Origin: Elsinoe ampelina
Lineage: Eukaryota
NCBI GenBank assembly: GCA_010093995.1
Contig: ML992502.1
Coordinates: 1,832,312 to 1,896,311 of the forward strand
Direction of reading: 5' to 3'
Length of the DNA: 64,000 bases
Shown: positions 1 to 11,981 of the stretch, one piece after another
Layout: each line of letters begins with the position of its first letter
How positions within the stretch are numbered: the stretch's first letter is position 1
The notes under the pieces: model-generated
What the model was told of the DNA's origin: nothing
The model's input: the letters and a program-made list of their open reading frames with translations, nothing else
Database searches by the model: none
Program-made: the position numbers and the translations under genes

Positions 1-44
1 AGACAAACCGGCCCTCGATAGCAACGCGCTTACCACTTTTCTTA

Positions 45-1920
45 ACGTCGCGCGCCCACGAGTCGCGCACGCCCACAAGTCGCGCACACCTCATTTTTTT
101 TTACGTGTCATCTTCGTAACTATTCTTCCTTCCTACGTGACAAACATCATTTTTCGAGCTGTTTTATATGTATTCTGAAGCAGATATCGAAGCTGCTCTC
201 CGAGGCTATCGGAACAATACTTACAACTCGATTCGACAAGCTACCGACGCGTTTCAGATTCCGCCGTCTACGCTTCGAGATCGATACTACGGCCGACAAT
301 CACGATATACTCGTAACGAAGGACGTCAATTACTATCTCCGGCCGAAGAACAAACGCTTGTAGGCTATATCCTTCAGCTCGATAGCCTTGGAACACCTGC
401 GACGCCTTGCTTTATCCGTGAGCTCGTTATCGAGATAATTCAACACCGAGCACGTATATCGGACAACGAACTTCCCTCTGCTCTATTACACCCTATCGGA
501 AAGACGTGGTTACGGCGACTATATAAACGTCATCCGGAGATTAAGACGCGTCAATCCCGTCAACTAGAGTCGTCACGGTTTAAAGCTAGAACCTACGAGG
601 CTATTGCGCCGTTCTTTAATGCGTTATCCGACTTGTTCGAAAAGCACAACTATCCGCCAACAAACGTGTATAACCTTGACGAGGTAGGCGCTAGCGTCGG
701 TTTAACTCAATCGACGCAAGTAGTAGTCAGTTCAGATCCTAGCCGTCGTCGAAAGAAGGCTAGAAAACGCGTTGTCGGCCGACAGGAGTAGATATCAATT
801 CTGGAGTGTATTCGAGCCTCCGGAGATGCGCTACCCCCCCTTATAATATACAAGGCTAAAAACCTCCAAACAAACTAGATTCCAGATCCGTAGCCGGCCG
901 GATGGCGATTCTCAACATCGAATAAAGGCTGGACAAGCGACGCACACGGTTACGAGTGGCTTACGACTGTTTTTGAACCGGAAACACGTGACGTTGACAG
1001 TCATCGACGCCTCCTTGTTCTAGACGGCCATAGCTCACACGTTACGGCTGCATTTGCCTTCTTCTGTTTCGAGCATAATATTGACCTAGTTGTCTTTCCA
1101 CCACATGCGTCGCATATCCTTCAGCCCCTCGACGTTGCTTGTTTTTCGCCGTTGAAGACAGCCCTTACGAAGGAGATCGACAATCTGATGCGTCTCGATT
1201 CAGGCCGAATACACCGAGTATAGTGGACCGAATCCTACGTAAATGCCAGAATACGCGCTCTGACTGTAAACAACATCAAATCTGGTTTTGCGCATTCTGG
1301 CATCTATCCGATTAGCCCTATTACGGTGCTTGCAAATTTGCCACACGAATCACGTGATCGACCAGTTACTCCAACGGAAAGTATAACGGAAAACGGCCAA
1401 TTCGACTCGGAAGTCTTGCGGTTAGGGTCGCCACAATCCGGCGCAAGTTTACGTACGGTCAACCGTAGTCTGAACGCACGGATGGCCGTCGTCGACGTCG
1501 AATCACCAGTAAAGCGATATATCTCAAAAATGACGTCACAGATAGAATCGTCGACGGCGGCCTTATCACTACTTCAACGGGAGGTTCACCAACAGCGCCA
1601 GCTTCTAGAGACGCGTAAGCGTAAGAAGAGTGGTAAGCGCGTCGCTGTCGAAGGCCGCTTCGTCTTTAGTGAGCAAGAAACGATCGATATCCTTCGTAAA
1701 GCTGAAGAAGAGACGAAGAAGAAGAAGGGCAAAAAGCGTAAAAAATCACTTACGCCAGATCCTACACCAGAGGTATCGGAAGACGAAGAACCTATTGAGG
1801 TACCTGACGACTCAGAAGACGAGCTAGCTTGATTTGATAGAGTAATTGACTATTCTTGTTCAAAAGTACCTTTTTACGTGCGCGACTTGTGGGCGTGCGC
1901 GACTCGTGGGCGCGCGACGT
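45..1920 (+). mobile_element. Complete Fot1/pogo-like (Tc1/mariner superfamily) DNA transposon, RIP-damaged transposase
   Basis: 43-bp terminal inverted repeats ACGTCGCGCGCCCACGAGTCGCGCACGCCCACAAGTCGCGCAC (45-87 and 1878-1920), flanked by TA (43-44, 1921-1922). Transposase runs from ATG 168 to 1832 with HTH_psq/CENP-B-like N-terminus, YNLDE, LLVLDGHSSH and LQPLDV DDE motifs, interrupted by TAG stops at Trp positions (e.g. 789-791). Confidence 0.95.
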
Positions 1921-3500
1921 TACGCTTACGCGTCTCAAGAAGCTGCCGCTGTTGTTCAATCTCGCGCCGGAGTAGTATAAGGGACGTTGTTGCCGATTCA
2001 AATTGTAACGTCATTTTCGAGATATATCGCTTGACTGGTGTTTCGACGTCGACGACGGCTATACGCGCGTTAAGACTACGGTTGACCGTACGTAAGCTTG
2101 CGCCGGATTGTGGCGACCCTAACCGCAAGGTGTTTTAGTCGAATTAGCCGCTTTCCGTTGGAGTAATTGCCCGATTAGGCGATTTGTCACGTGATTCACG
2201 TGGCAAATTGGCAAGCACCGTAATAGGACTTATCGGATAGATGCCAGAGTGTTCGAAACCAGATTTGATGTTCCTTGCGGTTAGAGCACGTTCTCGTGCG
2301 CGCGCGTAGGATTCGGCCCACTATATACGCTATACTCGGCCTGGATCGAGGCGGAATAGGTTGTCGATCTCTTTCGTAAGAGCTGTCTTTAACGGTGAAA
2401 AACAAGCTACGTCAAGCAGCTGGAGGATGTGTGATACGTGAGGGGGGAACACAACAAGGTCGATATTGTGCTCGAAACAGAAGAGAGCGAATGCGGCCGT
2501 AACGTGCGAGCTGTGGCCGTCTAGAACAAGGAGGCGTCGACGGCCGTCGACGTCACGTGTTTCGGGCTCAAACACTGTCGATAACCACTCAAAGCCGTGC
2601 GCGTCACTTGTCCAGCCTTTATTCGACGTTGAGAATCGCCATCCGGCCGGCCAAGGGTCCGGAATCCAGTTTGTTCAAAGGTTTTTAGCCTTGTAAATAA
2701 CGAGGGGGGGGAGCGCGTCTCCGGAGGCTCGTACACACTCTAGAATTGATATCCACTCCTGTCGGCCGACAACGCGTTTCTTAGCCTTCTTTCGACAATG
2801 GTTGTTTTCTGTAGTAACTAGTACACGTGTCGACTGCGTTGTTCCGACTGTACAACCTACTTCGTCGAGGTTATAGACGTCGCAAGGTTAATAGTTGTAA
2901 CGTTCGAACAAGTTGGATAACGCGTCGAAGAACAGCGCGATAGCCTCGTACGTTCCAGCCTTCATCCGTGACGATTCTAGCTGCCGTGACCAAAGGCTTT
3001 GTAGTCGTGGATGTCGTTTCCGTAGCCGGAATAGCTAGTTCTTGCCAATAGGCTGTGATAGAGACGTTGGAAGTGTATTGTCTGAAACACGTGCTCGGTG
3101 ACGGATTATCTCGACAACGAGCTCTAGTGCAAAGTACGGCGTTGCAGGCGTTCCTAAGCTATCGAGCTGGTTAAGATAGTCGATAAGTACTTCTTCTTCG
3201 GCCGGTGATAGTAATTGACGCGGTAGATTCTTTGTAGTTCGTGATTGTCGTCCTTGTAATTGCCCGTAGAGCGTTGTAGGCGGAATACTAAACGCGTTAG
3301 TAGCTTTTCGAATTAAGTCGTATTCTTCGTGTTGGTAGGCGTAGATAGCAGCCTGAATATCAGCTTCGGTATATATGATAAATAAATCCAAATTCTGATG
3401 TTTGTCACGTAAGAAGGAAGGATAGTCACGAAATTGGCGCGCGTCGAAAAAAGGGGTCTGTACCGCTCGTAGGGATGTACCGTTTGTGGGGGAGTCACGT
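1921..3500 (-). mobile_element. Second Fot1/pogo-like transposon (host element), 5' part; its 3' part continues at 1-44 and beyond the window start
   Basis: Minus-strand transposase fragments homologous to the inner element (YTEADIQAAI, LLVLDGHSSH, QQRQLLETRKR). Terminus ...GGGGAGTCACGT|TA at 3500. The reading frame resumes at 44->1 as KKSGKRVAIEGRFV. Confidence 0.9.
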
Positions 3501-3961
3501 TAACGTATTCCAAAGGTTCGGTTCAAAAGTAACTTAGTTGCATTTCATCAGTTTCGCCCCAAAGGAAGATTTCATGAGCTTCAGAGTCTCATCAAGTCCA
3601 GTCATGATCGATCAAGCAAGGGCTTCTGCTGGTGACTGATTTGACCATTCTAGCTTTGAGCATCGTCTTTTGCTCCTCTACACACAAGCGACAGGACGTG
3701 CGAACACGCTAGTAAGTTAAGTTAGTCAGCAGCGGGACACCATAGATTGGGCTGATATGTGACAGCGCCGACCAAGCTCTCGGCCCGGATGACTGCATGA
3801 ATGGTTGATGTGGAAGGGCACGAGATAGAGGGGTCAGAAGCCGTGTAGGTTGCTAAAGGCTGACGTTCGGACCAGACTGACATCCGAAGACGGCTGTATA
3901 AATGTCCAGCGATTGTGCACCAGACGGCGGCGGCAAGTGCGACTCTCTGACCAAGTCAGCC

Positions 3962-4640
3962 ATGAAGCTAGCACCCCTCTCCTGTCTCCAACGTGCTCCT
4001 GCGCGAACTAGCAACAATCACCTGTCATCCTACCGATATGCCGATTCTCAGCAACGAGAGTTCCGCATCGACTATCTCGAGCCCACAAAAGAGCAACCTT
4101 TTTCATTCCGACAAGTCTCTCCAGCGACGAGGAAAGGAGACCCACACAAAGGCAGCGTTTATACACCGCCACCTCATTATCACCTGCTACAAGACGAGCA
4201 CTTTGTGGTCGAGACAGGCGAGGGCATCTGGCATCTTCAAGGAGGCCGCGACATCCGCTTACGAGCCGGGGACACCCTCAACGTCAAAGCTCGAGAGTGG
4301 CACTGGTTTGAGGTGGCTCCCAACTCGACGGAAGACCTCTCAGTCGTCTATTTCTAACTATGACAAAGAATATAAAGAGATGGAGGACCGATTCTTCCGA
4401 AACCTCTTTGGGGACATGGCGGATCGCCGACGAGCTGGGATGGATATCTCGATCTTCCAATTGAGCGTCTTCTGCCTTCGATTTTGGATGCCGATAGGTC
4501 TGGTCAATGTCGGCCCGGAATGGCTCAAGCTCGTGCTGAATACATGCTTGATGCTGATACTGGCATTCGTTGGTGAATATATGCTGGGATACGCCTCTTC
4601 ATATGCCGAGTACTACCAGCCAGACAGCAAGTTTAAGTAG
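3962..4640 (+). pseudogene. Cupin-domain protein with hydrophobic C-terminus, frameshifted at ~4354
   Basis: Cupin metal motifs PPHYHLLQDEHF and WHWFE in frame 1; continuation NYDKEYKEMEDRFFRNLFG in another frame after TTTCTAAC. Could be a 1-nt insertion, a sequencing error or an unusual intron. Confidence 0.6.
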
Positions 4641-4689
4641 ATGGAGGACCGTAGTGGTATGATAACTACACAGCTGAATGCGGGGCCAA

Positions 4690-6498
4690 TCATCCATTCC
4701 ATGGCGTGTAGTCGATGAAGTCGAGACCGGGCATGGTGAGCAGGTCAAGATCCGGAATGTTTGCCCATTGTCCTGTAGCACTCGAATCCATAGCGGTCTG
4801 ATCGGCGTTCAAGTTTGAACTTGATGGTTGGCCATATCGAAGAGGTGGGAAAGCAGTTTGAACCACGTCTGGCAGCGTTGCGGCTGTGACGTCGTCGAGA
4901 TCGTTCTCTCTTATATTTAATCCGCCACTCACTTGATCATTTCTAGGGAAACCGGTAGCGTTGAGGTTTGCGATCAGTTTCAGTGCCATGACGGGAACTT
5001 GGTGGCCGGTGTCCCCTTCAAAACGACTCAGGAAGCCCCTGAGCTTGTTCAGATACTGCTTGGACCGGACGACAGACTCGGTGAGAAGGCCAAAGTATGG
5101 ACTCTGCTCATTGTCTACCAGACTTTGTATCGTCAGGAGCTCTCTGCCAGCGTAAAGTGCTCGGACTGTGGTGACCGTTGGGCAATGTAAGTATGTGACA
5201 GTTGCAGACTGTAACAGTGTATCTATGATATCGTGGCAATCTTGCATGATAGATGTAATGGCTCGGACTGAGCCTGCCGTGAGCGTCGACGCGTTGCCGA
5301 TGTTCATGTGGGTCCGGAGCTGCATCTCACCAAGCTGGATCCGAGTCCAATGATGATGTATGCGAAGCGACACAGTCCATTCAGCACCATTGCGAGTCAT
5401 GTTGCTCAACCTGTCCTCTAGACGAGACAGTGATGTACCCTGATCAGGAAGTGAATGCGTTGAAAGCGCTCGAAGCTGTCCGACCTCTTCCGACACTTTC
5501 TGTATTTGCAGCCAATCATGAAGTAGCAGGTCGTTGGGGTCACCAGTTGATAGGCAGAGACCTCCGTGAGCTTCAAGGACGTCTTCGTTGAGGTCGACCA
5601 TTCGGGATCGCCTTGAGCTCACCGCGACTGTCGACATGCAAAGATAAGCACATGCTCCAGCGCGCAGCCTTTCGAGATCTGCTTCGCTTGCCGTATGCTG
5701 TCGTGCGGTCTCCAACATGCGTGGATCCCACCACAGTCCAAGCTGGGAGGCCATTGTGGCAGCAATCTGGATCCAAAGGTAGAAGTTCAGTCGTCTCAAA
5801 TCGGAAGGGGGATTGTACCAAATCTCCGCAATGAGGACAGCCTGCAGTAACTCGATTGATCGTTTACCTTCGATCACGACTTCTTCCGATAGATGTCTGA
5901 TGAGGCGCTGATGTAAGTTATCGAACAGGATCGGATCGGTACCTCGGGCTCCAGCAGTGATAAGTGCAAGAAGCAAGGTCGGCCGAGTAACGCAAAGCTC
6001 TCGAAAGCTCAATGGGTGGGAAAGTGAAAGCACCGGATACTCAGGAAGCGCGTGTTGCTTGAAGTCCTCGAGAAGACGTACGGCCTGGGCTGGGGCCAGC
6101 GTCTCGATAGAAAGAAGACCCGGTATAGTATCGCCATCGACGGTCGATGGCAACTCTGGCGAGGGTGCAGACGATGTAGACGAGCCTCTAGAATCCGAGG
6201 AACGTTCGGGGGAAGGTGGATCATCTGGAACACCCTCACCTCCTTGTGCTTGAGGGACACGGCCGTAGTTGGTCGAGCTGCCTTGAAGTGCCCTTACTTG
6301 GGCTTCCAGGGCACTCAGCCGAGTGTCGATTCGCTTGCGCTTCTGACGTGGCGCCATGCTCTCAAAGATGCATTCCACATCGGCATCGTGACACCTCCGG
6401 CATCGATCATGGCTCTTGACGGTATCCACAAGGCATCGGAGTTTTGACGTCCGGCAACGTTCACAAGCGTGTCTTTGTGTGGGGGCTTTTGGTGGCAT
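4690..6498 (-). CDS. Zn(II)2Cys6 fungal transcription factor
   Basis: CERCRTSKLRC-x10-CRRCHDADVEC binuclear cluster followed by a fungal TF middle-homology-like region; 602-aa ORF. Confidence 0.93.
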   Translation of the reverse strand: MPPKAPTQRHACERCRTSKLRCLVDTVKSHDRCRRCHDADVECIFESMAPRQKRKRIDTRLSALEAQVRALQGSSTNYGRVPQAQGGEGVPDDPPSPERSSDSRGSSTSSAPSPELPSTVDGDTIPGLLSIETLAPAQAVRLLEDFKQHALPEYPVLSLSHPLSFRELCVTRPTLLLALITAGARGTDPILFDNLHQRLIRHLSEEVVIEGKRSIELLQAVLIAEIWYNPPSDLRRLNFYLWIQIAATMASQLGLWWDPRMLETARQHTASEADLERLRAGACAYLCMSTVAVSSRRSRMVDLNEDVLEAHGGLCLSTGDPNDLLLHDWLQIQKVSEEVGQLRALSTHSLPDQGTSLSRLEDRLSNMTRNGAEWTVSLRIHHHWTRIQLGEMQLRTHMNIGNASTLTAGSVRAITSIMQDCHDIIDTLLQSATVTYLHCPTVTTVRALYAGRELLTIQSLVDNEQSPYFGLLTESVVRSKQYLNKLRGFLSRFEGDTGHQVPVMALKLIANLNATGFPRNDQVSGGLNIRENDLDDVTAATLPDVVQTAFPPLRYGQPSSSNLNADQTAMDSSATGQWANIPDLDLLTMPGLDFIDYTPWNG

Positions 6499-7017
6499 AT
6501 TGTGTGATTTGAGGCGTGAAGTAATGTGGAAACTGTTCCATGGTGGTGGAAGAGCAATGAGGTCCGAAGGTCAGCAGTGGTTCATCGATCGGTGATTGTC
6601 ATCGCGTAAAGATTGACAACTTCTCACGTCAGCAATTTGGTCAGGCGGGACGACATACATCTTACCAAGATGGGGGCAGCATGAGAGGAGAGATCATGAA
6701 GTTCGGGACACAAAAGACTCCGAAGAGAAAGAGCTCGCTGAGTCAGCCAAGGAGCTCCACAACAGTTCGGTCCAAACTTCAAGCACAGTTTTTTACTCAA
6801 CTGTAGTCAACAGCAGCAGACTTCTCATACCAATTGAGCGGCTACTTAGTCTTGCCCTCGCTCTCGGCGTAAGCCAAGGAGCGATATGTGCTTACGGGTG
6901 TCGCCAGATCGTGTCGTTCTGGCAGTACAAATGGTAAGTCAGGGTACTTGCGACTGACTACATCCTCAGACTCCTCTCATCTCTTCTTTGCTGCCGCACT
7001 ATTCAATCACAGCGTCC

Positions 7018-8386
7018 ATGTCCGAATTCCGCATCATTGTAGTAGGTGCTGGTATAGCCGGGCTTTGTGCTAGCATAGGGCTACGGCGGCTAGGTCACCA
7101 TGTCACCGTCCTTGAAAGCGCATCGTCATTACTTCCTATTGGCATAGGCATTCACCTGCCGCCCAACGCCTTGTCAGCTCTCCGATATCTAGGTCTAACA
7201 GATCGCCTTGAACCAGACGCTTTCCCTCCTACGTCCTTCAACTTCAGGAAAGGGTCAGATGGCAGTCCTCTGGCGACATTTGCGTCTAGCAAGCCTGCAG
7301 GGTCAGACGCCCCACCGTACGTATCGTAGTATTTTATTCGGAGTATGCTAACGATCTCCAGATACTGGAGTATGCGGAGGTCTCACTACCAGCAACATCT
7401 GTATGAAGCTGCAGTGGAAGCCGGCGTCAACGTTCGACTCGGTGCTCGGGTAGATACGATAGATACGGATTCGCCGTCTATCACACTAGCAAGCGGAGAG
7501 ATACTCCAAGCTGATCTCATCGTGGTCGCAAACGGCATCAAGTCACATTTGCGGAACACCATCATCCCCGAGCACGAAGTATCGATGGTGCTGAACAACA
7601 TGTCAGCATATCGAGCATACGCTAGCCGGGAGGAGCTAGTCGGCAACCCAGAGACGGCTCCTCTGTTCCAAGAAGCAGCAACAAATGTCTGGCTCGGCTA
7701 TGCACATCATGCCATTGTCTACCCTTGCGGCGGGGATCTTTACACCGTAGGAGCGACCTTTCCCGTCGGAGCCGATGGTCACGATGCCATGAACTGGTCA
7801 TCGACAGCCTCAGTAGCGGATGCAGTCAAGGAATTCCACGATTTCGACCCTGTTCTGCGAAAGATACTGGCTATGGGAAAGGACTACAAGCAGTGGAGGC
7901 TGGCTGAAGTACCGAGACTTCCACGTTGGACGAGCAAGTCAGGCAAGGTCGTCCTGATCGGTGACTCTGCCCATGCTATGTTGCAATTTCTGGCACAAGG
8001 AGCAGCAATGGCGACTGAAGACGCTGCTGCGCTAGCGGTGTGCATTGACAAGGCGGATTCGGTCGGGCAAATCCCGAAGACACTCCAGGCGTTCGAAAGA
8101 GTTCGAAAGTGGAGATGCGAAATAGTGCAGGCACAATCGAGACGGAATGGCGAGGTGATCCACATGCCAGATGGGGAGGAACAGGAGAATCGGGATCTGG
8201 AGATGGCGGGGAAGAGGCAGAATGGTTTGTGGAATGCAGATACAGGTCCATTTCTGGATGGCAATTTTCGACGATTCCTGTATGAGCACGATGTCGTTGA
8301 GCATGTGAGTATTTCTGTCGTCATTGCTACAGCCGGGTGCTAACGAGTGCTAGTCAAAAGACGTTTTGGAGTCAATGGGACTTTGA
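7018..8386 (+). CDS. FAD-dependent monooxygenase (salicylate hydroxylase/MAK1-like)
   Basis: IVVGAGIAGL Rossmann motif, VANGIKS (DG motif variant), LIGDSAHAMLQFLAQGAAMATEDA. Introns at ~7317-7361 and 8305-8353; ends SKDVLESMGL*. Confidence 0.92.
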
Positions 8387-8400
8387 GACCGTCGACCTGT

Positions 8401-9681
8401 TCATTTACCTTTCAGATTTTGCAGTATCAAATCAACCTCGTTCTCGGCATCCTCCAAGATGTGTTGTGGTTCGTACTGCGGTGTCCATCCATACTTCTTC
8501 CCGCGAGCGGCTGTATATGTGCACCTGACTTGATGAGCTGACGTGATAGATAGTGAGGAACGCTCATCACCTTCCGCTGAAGTTGAATTCGACTCTCTCT
8601 TCAGGAACTCCAAGTGCCTTTGCAATCTGACTCCTCTCTTCTCTGCTGGCAAGCTTGACCGAGGCATCCTTGACGACACTTTGCTTCACCAATGCCTTTG
8701 CCATGGCATCATACAAGTCATCCCAGACCACGAGACCAGAAGAAGCCAGGTAGAAACCATCTTTGCCGGAATCGATGTCGCGGCCTTCAAGGATTTCCCG
8801 GCAACATACAGAGCCGTGTGATCTTTCACATGGCATACCGGCCATGTCTTGAATCGTCAGCACAACTAGCGTTCTCGGCGGATATGTACCCACAGGCCGA
8901 TCATCTCGCAGCTTGTATACCTGCCCAAGCGCTTTGGCAGCGGTCACGACGTCGACTGTCTGGATTGATATGATGTTACCGAAGCCCTCACCTTTTCCAT
9001 CTACACAGATCAGCTCTGTCAACTACCAGGCGGACTATCAACCTACAAACAATGCATGGAGCCAAGATGTACGTCTTCACGCCATACTCGTCGCCCTCCT
9101 CTGTGATGGTGATATTGGTCTGGACTGGCTCCGGCTTGTGAGATGCTGCTCGTCAGAGATGCAAAGAAGGACTCACAATCTGCATGACTTGCGTAGCAGG
9201 TGGAGCCTTTTGTGACTTGTGGATCTCAAAGATGTTGGTGTCGGAATCCAACCATGGCTTGTCGGTGGGTGCCCCAGCCAAGCTCGAGAACATCTTCGCA
9301 CCGGTGGTCTGCAGGATTAGTGCGACACTAATATAGCAGGGAGAATCGTACGTGAAGAAAGTGGACGTCCTTGCCTGTGTTCTTCTTGACTTCGGCCAAA
9401 GCCTTGATGAAGTTGACCTGCTTGCCAGACTTGAAAGCGTCGACCAGGAAGAAGACGATGGTAATGCTGTGAGTTGCGATGGCGTCCTTTACAGCTTCGG
9501 CATCGTCCATATCAAAAGTCAGCGGCTCGCAGCCATACCGCTTGACTGCCTCTGCTTGGTCGGGTTTCCGGACTAGCGCGAATAGCTTCTCGTAGCCGGT
9601 GAGCTTGGCCTCTTTCCATCTCGCAAGTAAAGTGCCACCGAGATAGCCCGAGCCGCCAGTTATGAGGATATTATGCCCCAT
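8401..9681 (-). CDS. NAD(P)-binding epimerase/dehydratase-like (extended SDR) protein, with apparent frameshift near 8800
   Basis: NILITGGSGYLGG, APCIVYGKGEGFGN, TWPVCHV and GFYLASSG segments across several introns. Frame breaks at CTGTATGTTGCCGGGAA. Confidence 0.75.
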
Positions 9682-10020
9682 CTGATAGAGTCTGATAATA
9701 CAGTCCCAACTACACGGAATGGTAAGAAAGAGGACCTGTGCGGTCTGAACTACCACAAAGCACCTGACAAATCAAGCTTCGCTAGACCCAACATGGTTGA
9801 TGTCAGAGATCTGCCCGCAGTGAAAGGCTCGGCACCTACCGAACATAGTTACTCTTTGCATATCATCCTTGCTTATCATTCTTGGTGCGGAGACTGTGAC
9901 ATCTCTCCCAGTGACCCATTGTTGATATAGTATGCTGAACGTTTCCATGTCGCGGGCTGATATGTATCGGCCAAATCCCAACCTCCGCACTCGTCACATC
10001 CTCCACCTCACTCTGACGCC

Positions 10021-11106
10021 ATGAGCCGCACTGCCTTCGTCGCCTTCGTCGCTGTCTTGCTTGCGGTGCAGACTGCAGCACAAGTGTCTCCTGGTCTGCC
10101 ATTTGTGATCAACACATGGGGTGGTGCCTTTACAGCAGCGACCGATGCAGCCTACCTGTCCCTCCAGAGTCCAGCAACCTCTGCACTGGACGCTGTACAA
10201 GTCGGCTGCTCAACATGTGAGAGGAACCGATGCGATGGCTCCGTGGGATTCGGTGGCTCGCCAGATGAGGACTGCGAGACGACCTTGGATGCGATGATCA
10301 TGGATGGAACGACGATGAAGTCTGGAGCTGTAGCTGGTCTGCGTCGGATACGAGACGCCATAGCTGTTGCACGGCACGTGCTGGAATACACGACGCACAC
10401 TCTGCTAGCAGGCGATCTTGCCACACAATTTGCCATTTCGAATGGATTCCAAGCTAGTAATCTCACTACCGAAGAGACCGCAGCCAGATGTCAAGCATGG
10501 AGAGAAGCAAGCTGCCAGCCAAACTACAGAATCAACGTCTCACCGGATCCAAAGACTGCTTGTGGACCATACACTGGATTGACGCTGAACTCGACATCGC
10601 CAGCGTACAAGCGAGCGATCAATCCCGACTCCACGCAAGCTTCACATGATACAATCTCGATGATCACGATACATTCGTCGGGTATCATGGCAGCTGGGAC
10701 ATCTACGAATGGAGCCACATTCAAGGTACCAGGACGAGTTGGAGACGGTCCAATCACAGGTAGCGGATCATACGTCGACGGTGATGTTGGAGGATGCGGT
10801 GCCACTGGAGACGGTGATATCATGATGCGGTTCTTGCCATGTTACCAGGCTGTGGAGAATCTCAGGCAGGGCATGACCCCGAAAGAAGCAGCCGAGGATG
10901 CTGTGAAGCGAATGCTCAGAAAGTACCCTCAGACATCTAGTGGAATCGTTGTCACGAATACCAAGGGAGAACATGGAGGTGCAGGCTCTGGTTGGACATT
11001 CACCTACGCTTTCAGAGGCGGTAACATGAATGCAACCGAGGTTGTGACAGTGCCTCCTGTCAATGTAGCGGGTCAAGCTGAGGAAGGCATTACGATGCAA
11101 CCATAG
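10021..11106 (+). CDS. N(4)-(beta-N-acetylglucosaminyl)-L-asparaginase (glycosylasparaginase, Ntn hydrolase)
   Basis: Signal peptide, VINTW, DGSVGFGGSPDE, autoproteolytic HDTI site, GRVGDGPI, ATGDGD. Confidence 0.95.
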   Translation: MSRTAFVAFVAVLLAVQTAAQVSPGLPFVINTWGGAFTAATDAAYLSLQSPATSALDAVQVGCSTCERNRCDGSVGFGGSPDEDCETTLDAMIMDGTTMKSGAVAGLRRIRDAIAVARHVLEYTTHTLLAGDLATQFAISNGFQASNLTTEETAARCQAWREASCQPNYRINVSPDPKTACGPYTGLTLNSTSPAYKRAINPDSTQASHDTISMITIHSSGIMAAGTSTNGATFKVPGRVGDGPITGSGSYVDGDVGGCGATGDGDIMMRFLPCYQAVENLRQGMTPKEAAEDAVKRMLRKYPQTSSGIVVTNTKGEHGGAGSGWTFTYAFRGGNMNATEVVTVPPVNVAGQAEEGITMQP

Positions 11107-11981
11107 CTCGGTGATGAACTAGCGTTATTTGGCGTGCAGGCTCAATGAAGCATTTCTACGACTATGCCCATGTGAAGCACATGCATGGAAGCATACCATC
11201 CGAAGGCGGAGCAAGCCGAATCCAGACTAGCGGCCTCCAAGCAATACCTTATCGAGCGCCGAAACCTAGCAGTATTGTTGTAATGGAAGGCTGGTACAGC
11301 TTCTCTGGTACTGAAGAACTGGTACTGATGAGTCAGCGCACGCACAGTAGATAAATCGGTTATTGTAACTCTCTGAATGAAACACACGTCTCTCGATCCG
11401 ATTTGCCAGTTACAACAAGTATTCCACATTTGTCAATCCATGCTACTCAAATGAGCAAAGAGTAAGCAAGAAGCTGCGCCTATTCCTGGAGAACGCGTGT
11501 TCCCAACGGAGGAATACATGCAGCAAGCCTTGAACCCTACCCAGAATAGGGACGGGGCTGACTGGCGCAGTCCGGCGAACGCTTTGCCGAACTGCTGTCG
11601 ACCAATCACAGCCCGAGCTGCAGCGAGGCTCAGCTAGCTACCAGATTTGCGTCGTCACTTGTCAGCTGGTCTTGACTTCCTTTTCCACATTCTATATTGT
11701 TGCGGTGTAACTGGTGCACCAAAAGATAGAATGTTGCCAAGCATACTGTAGCTGTCAGTGTAGGAGCGATGGCCTCAGCTGACGGATGAGTGTGTGTCCG
11801 AACCAGAATTGAGGTTGACCAGGCTTTCTGTGAGGTTGAAGACGGCGATATCTGTCTGTATAAAGGTGAGCGAGATGCCATGTGGTGGATCTCATCATCA
11901 CATTCAGCACTTCAACATATCAAGTTTCAATAACATACCTTTCTCACACATTTCTTTCCGATACCACCACATCTAATCACA

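Noticed and set aside
11107..11980. Short ORFs between glycosylasparaginase and spherulin
   Set aside because: No recognisable domain in any frame.
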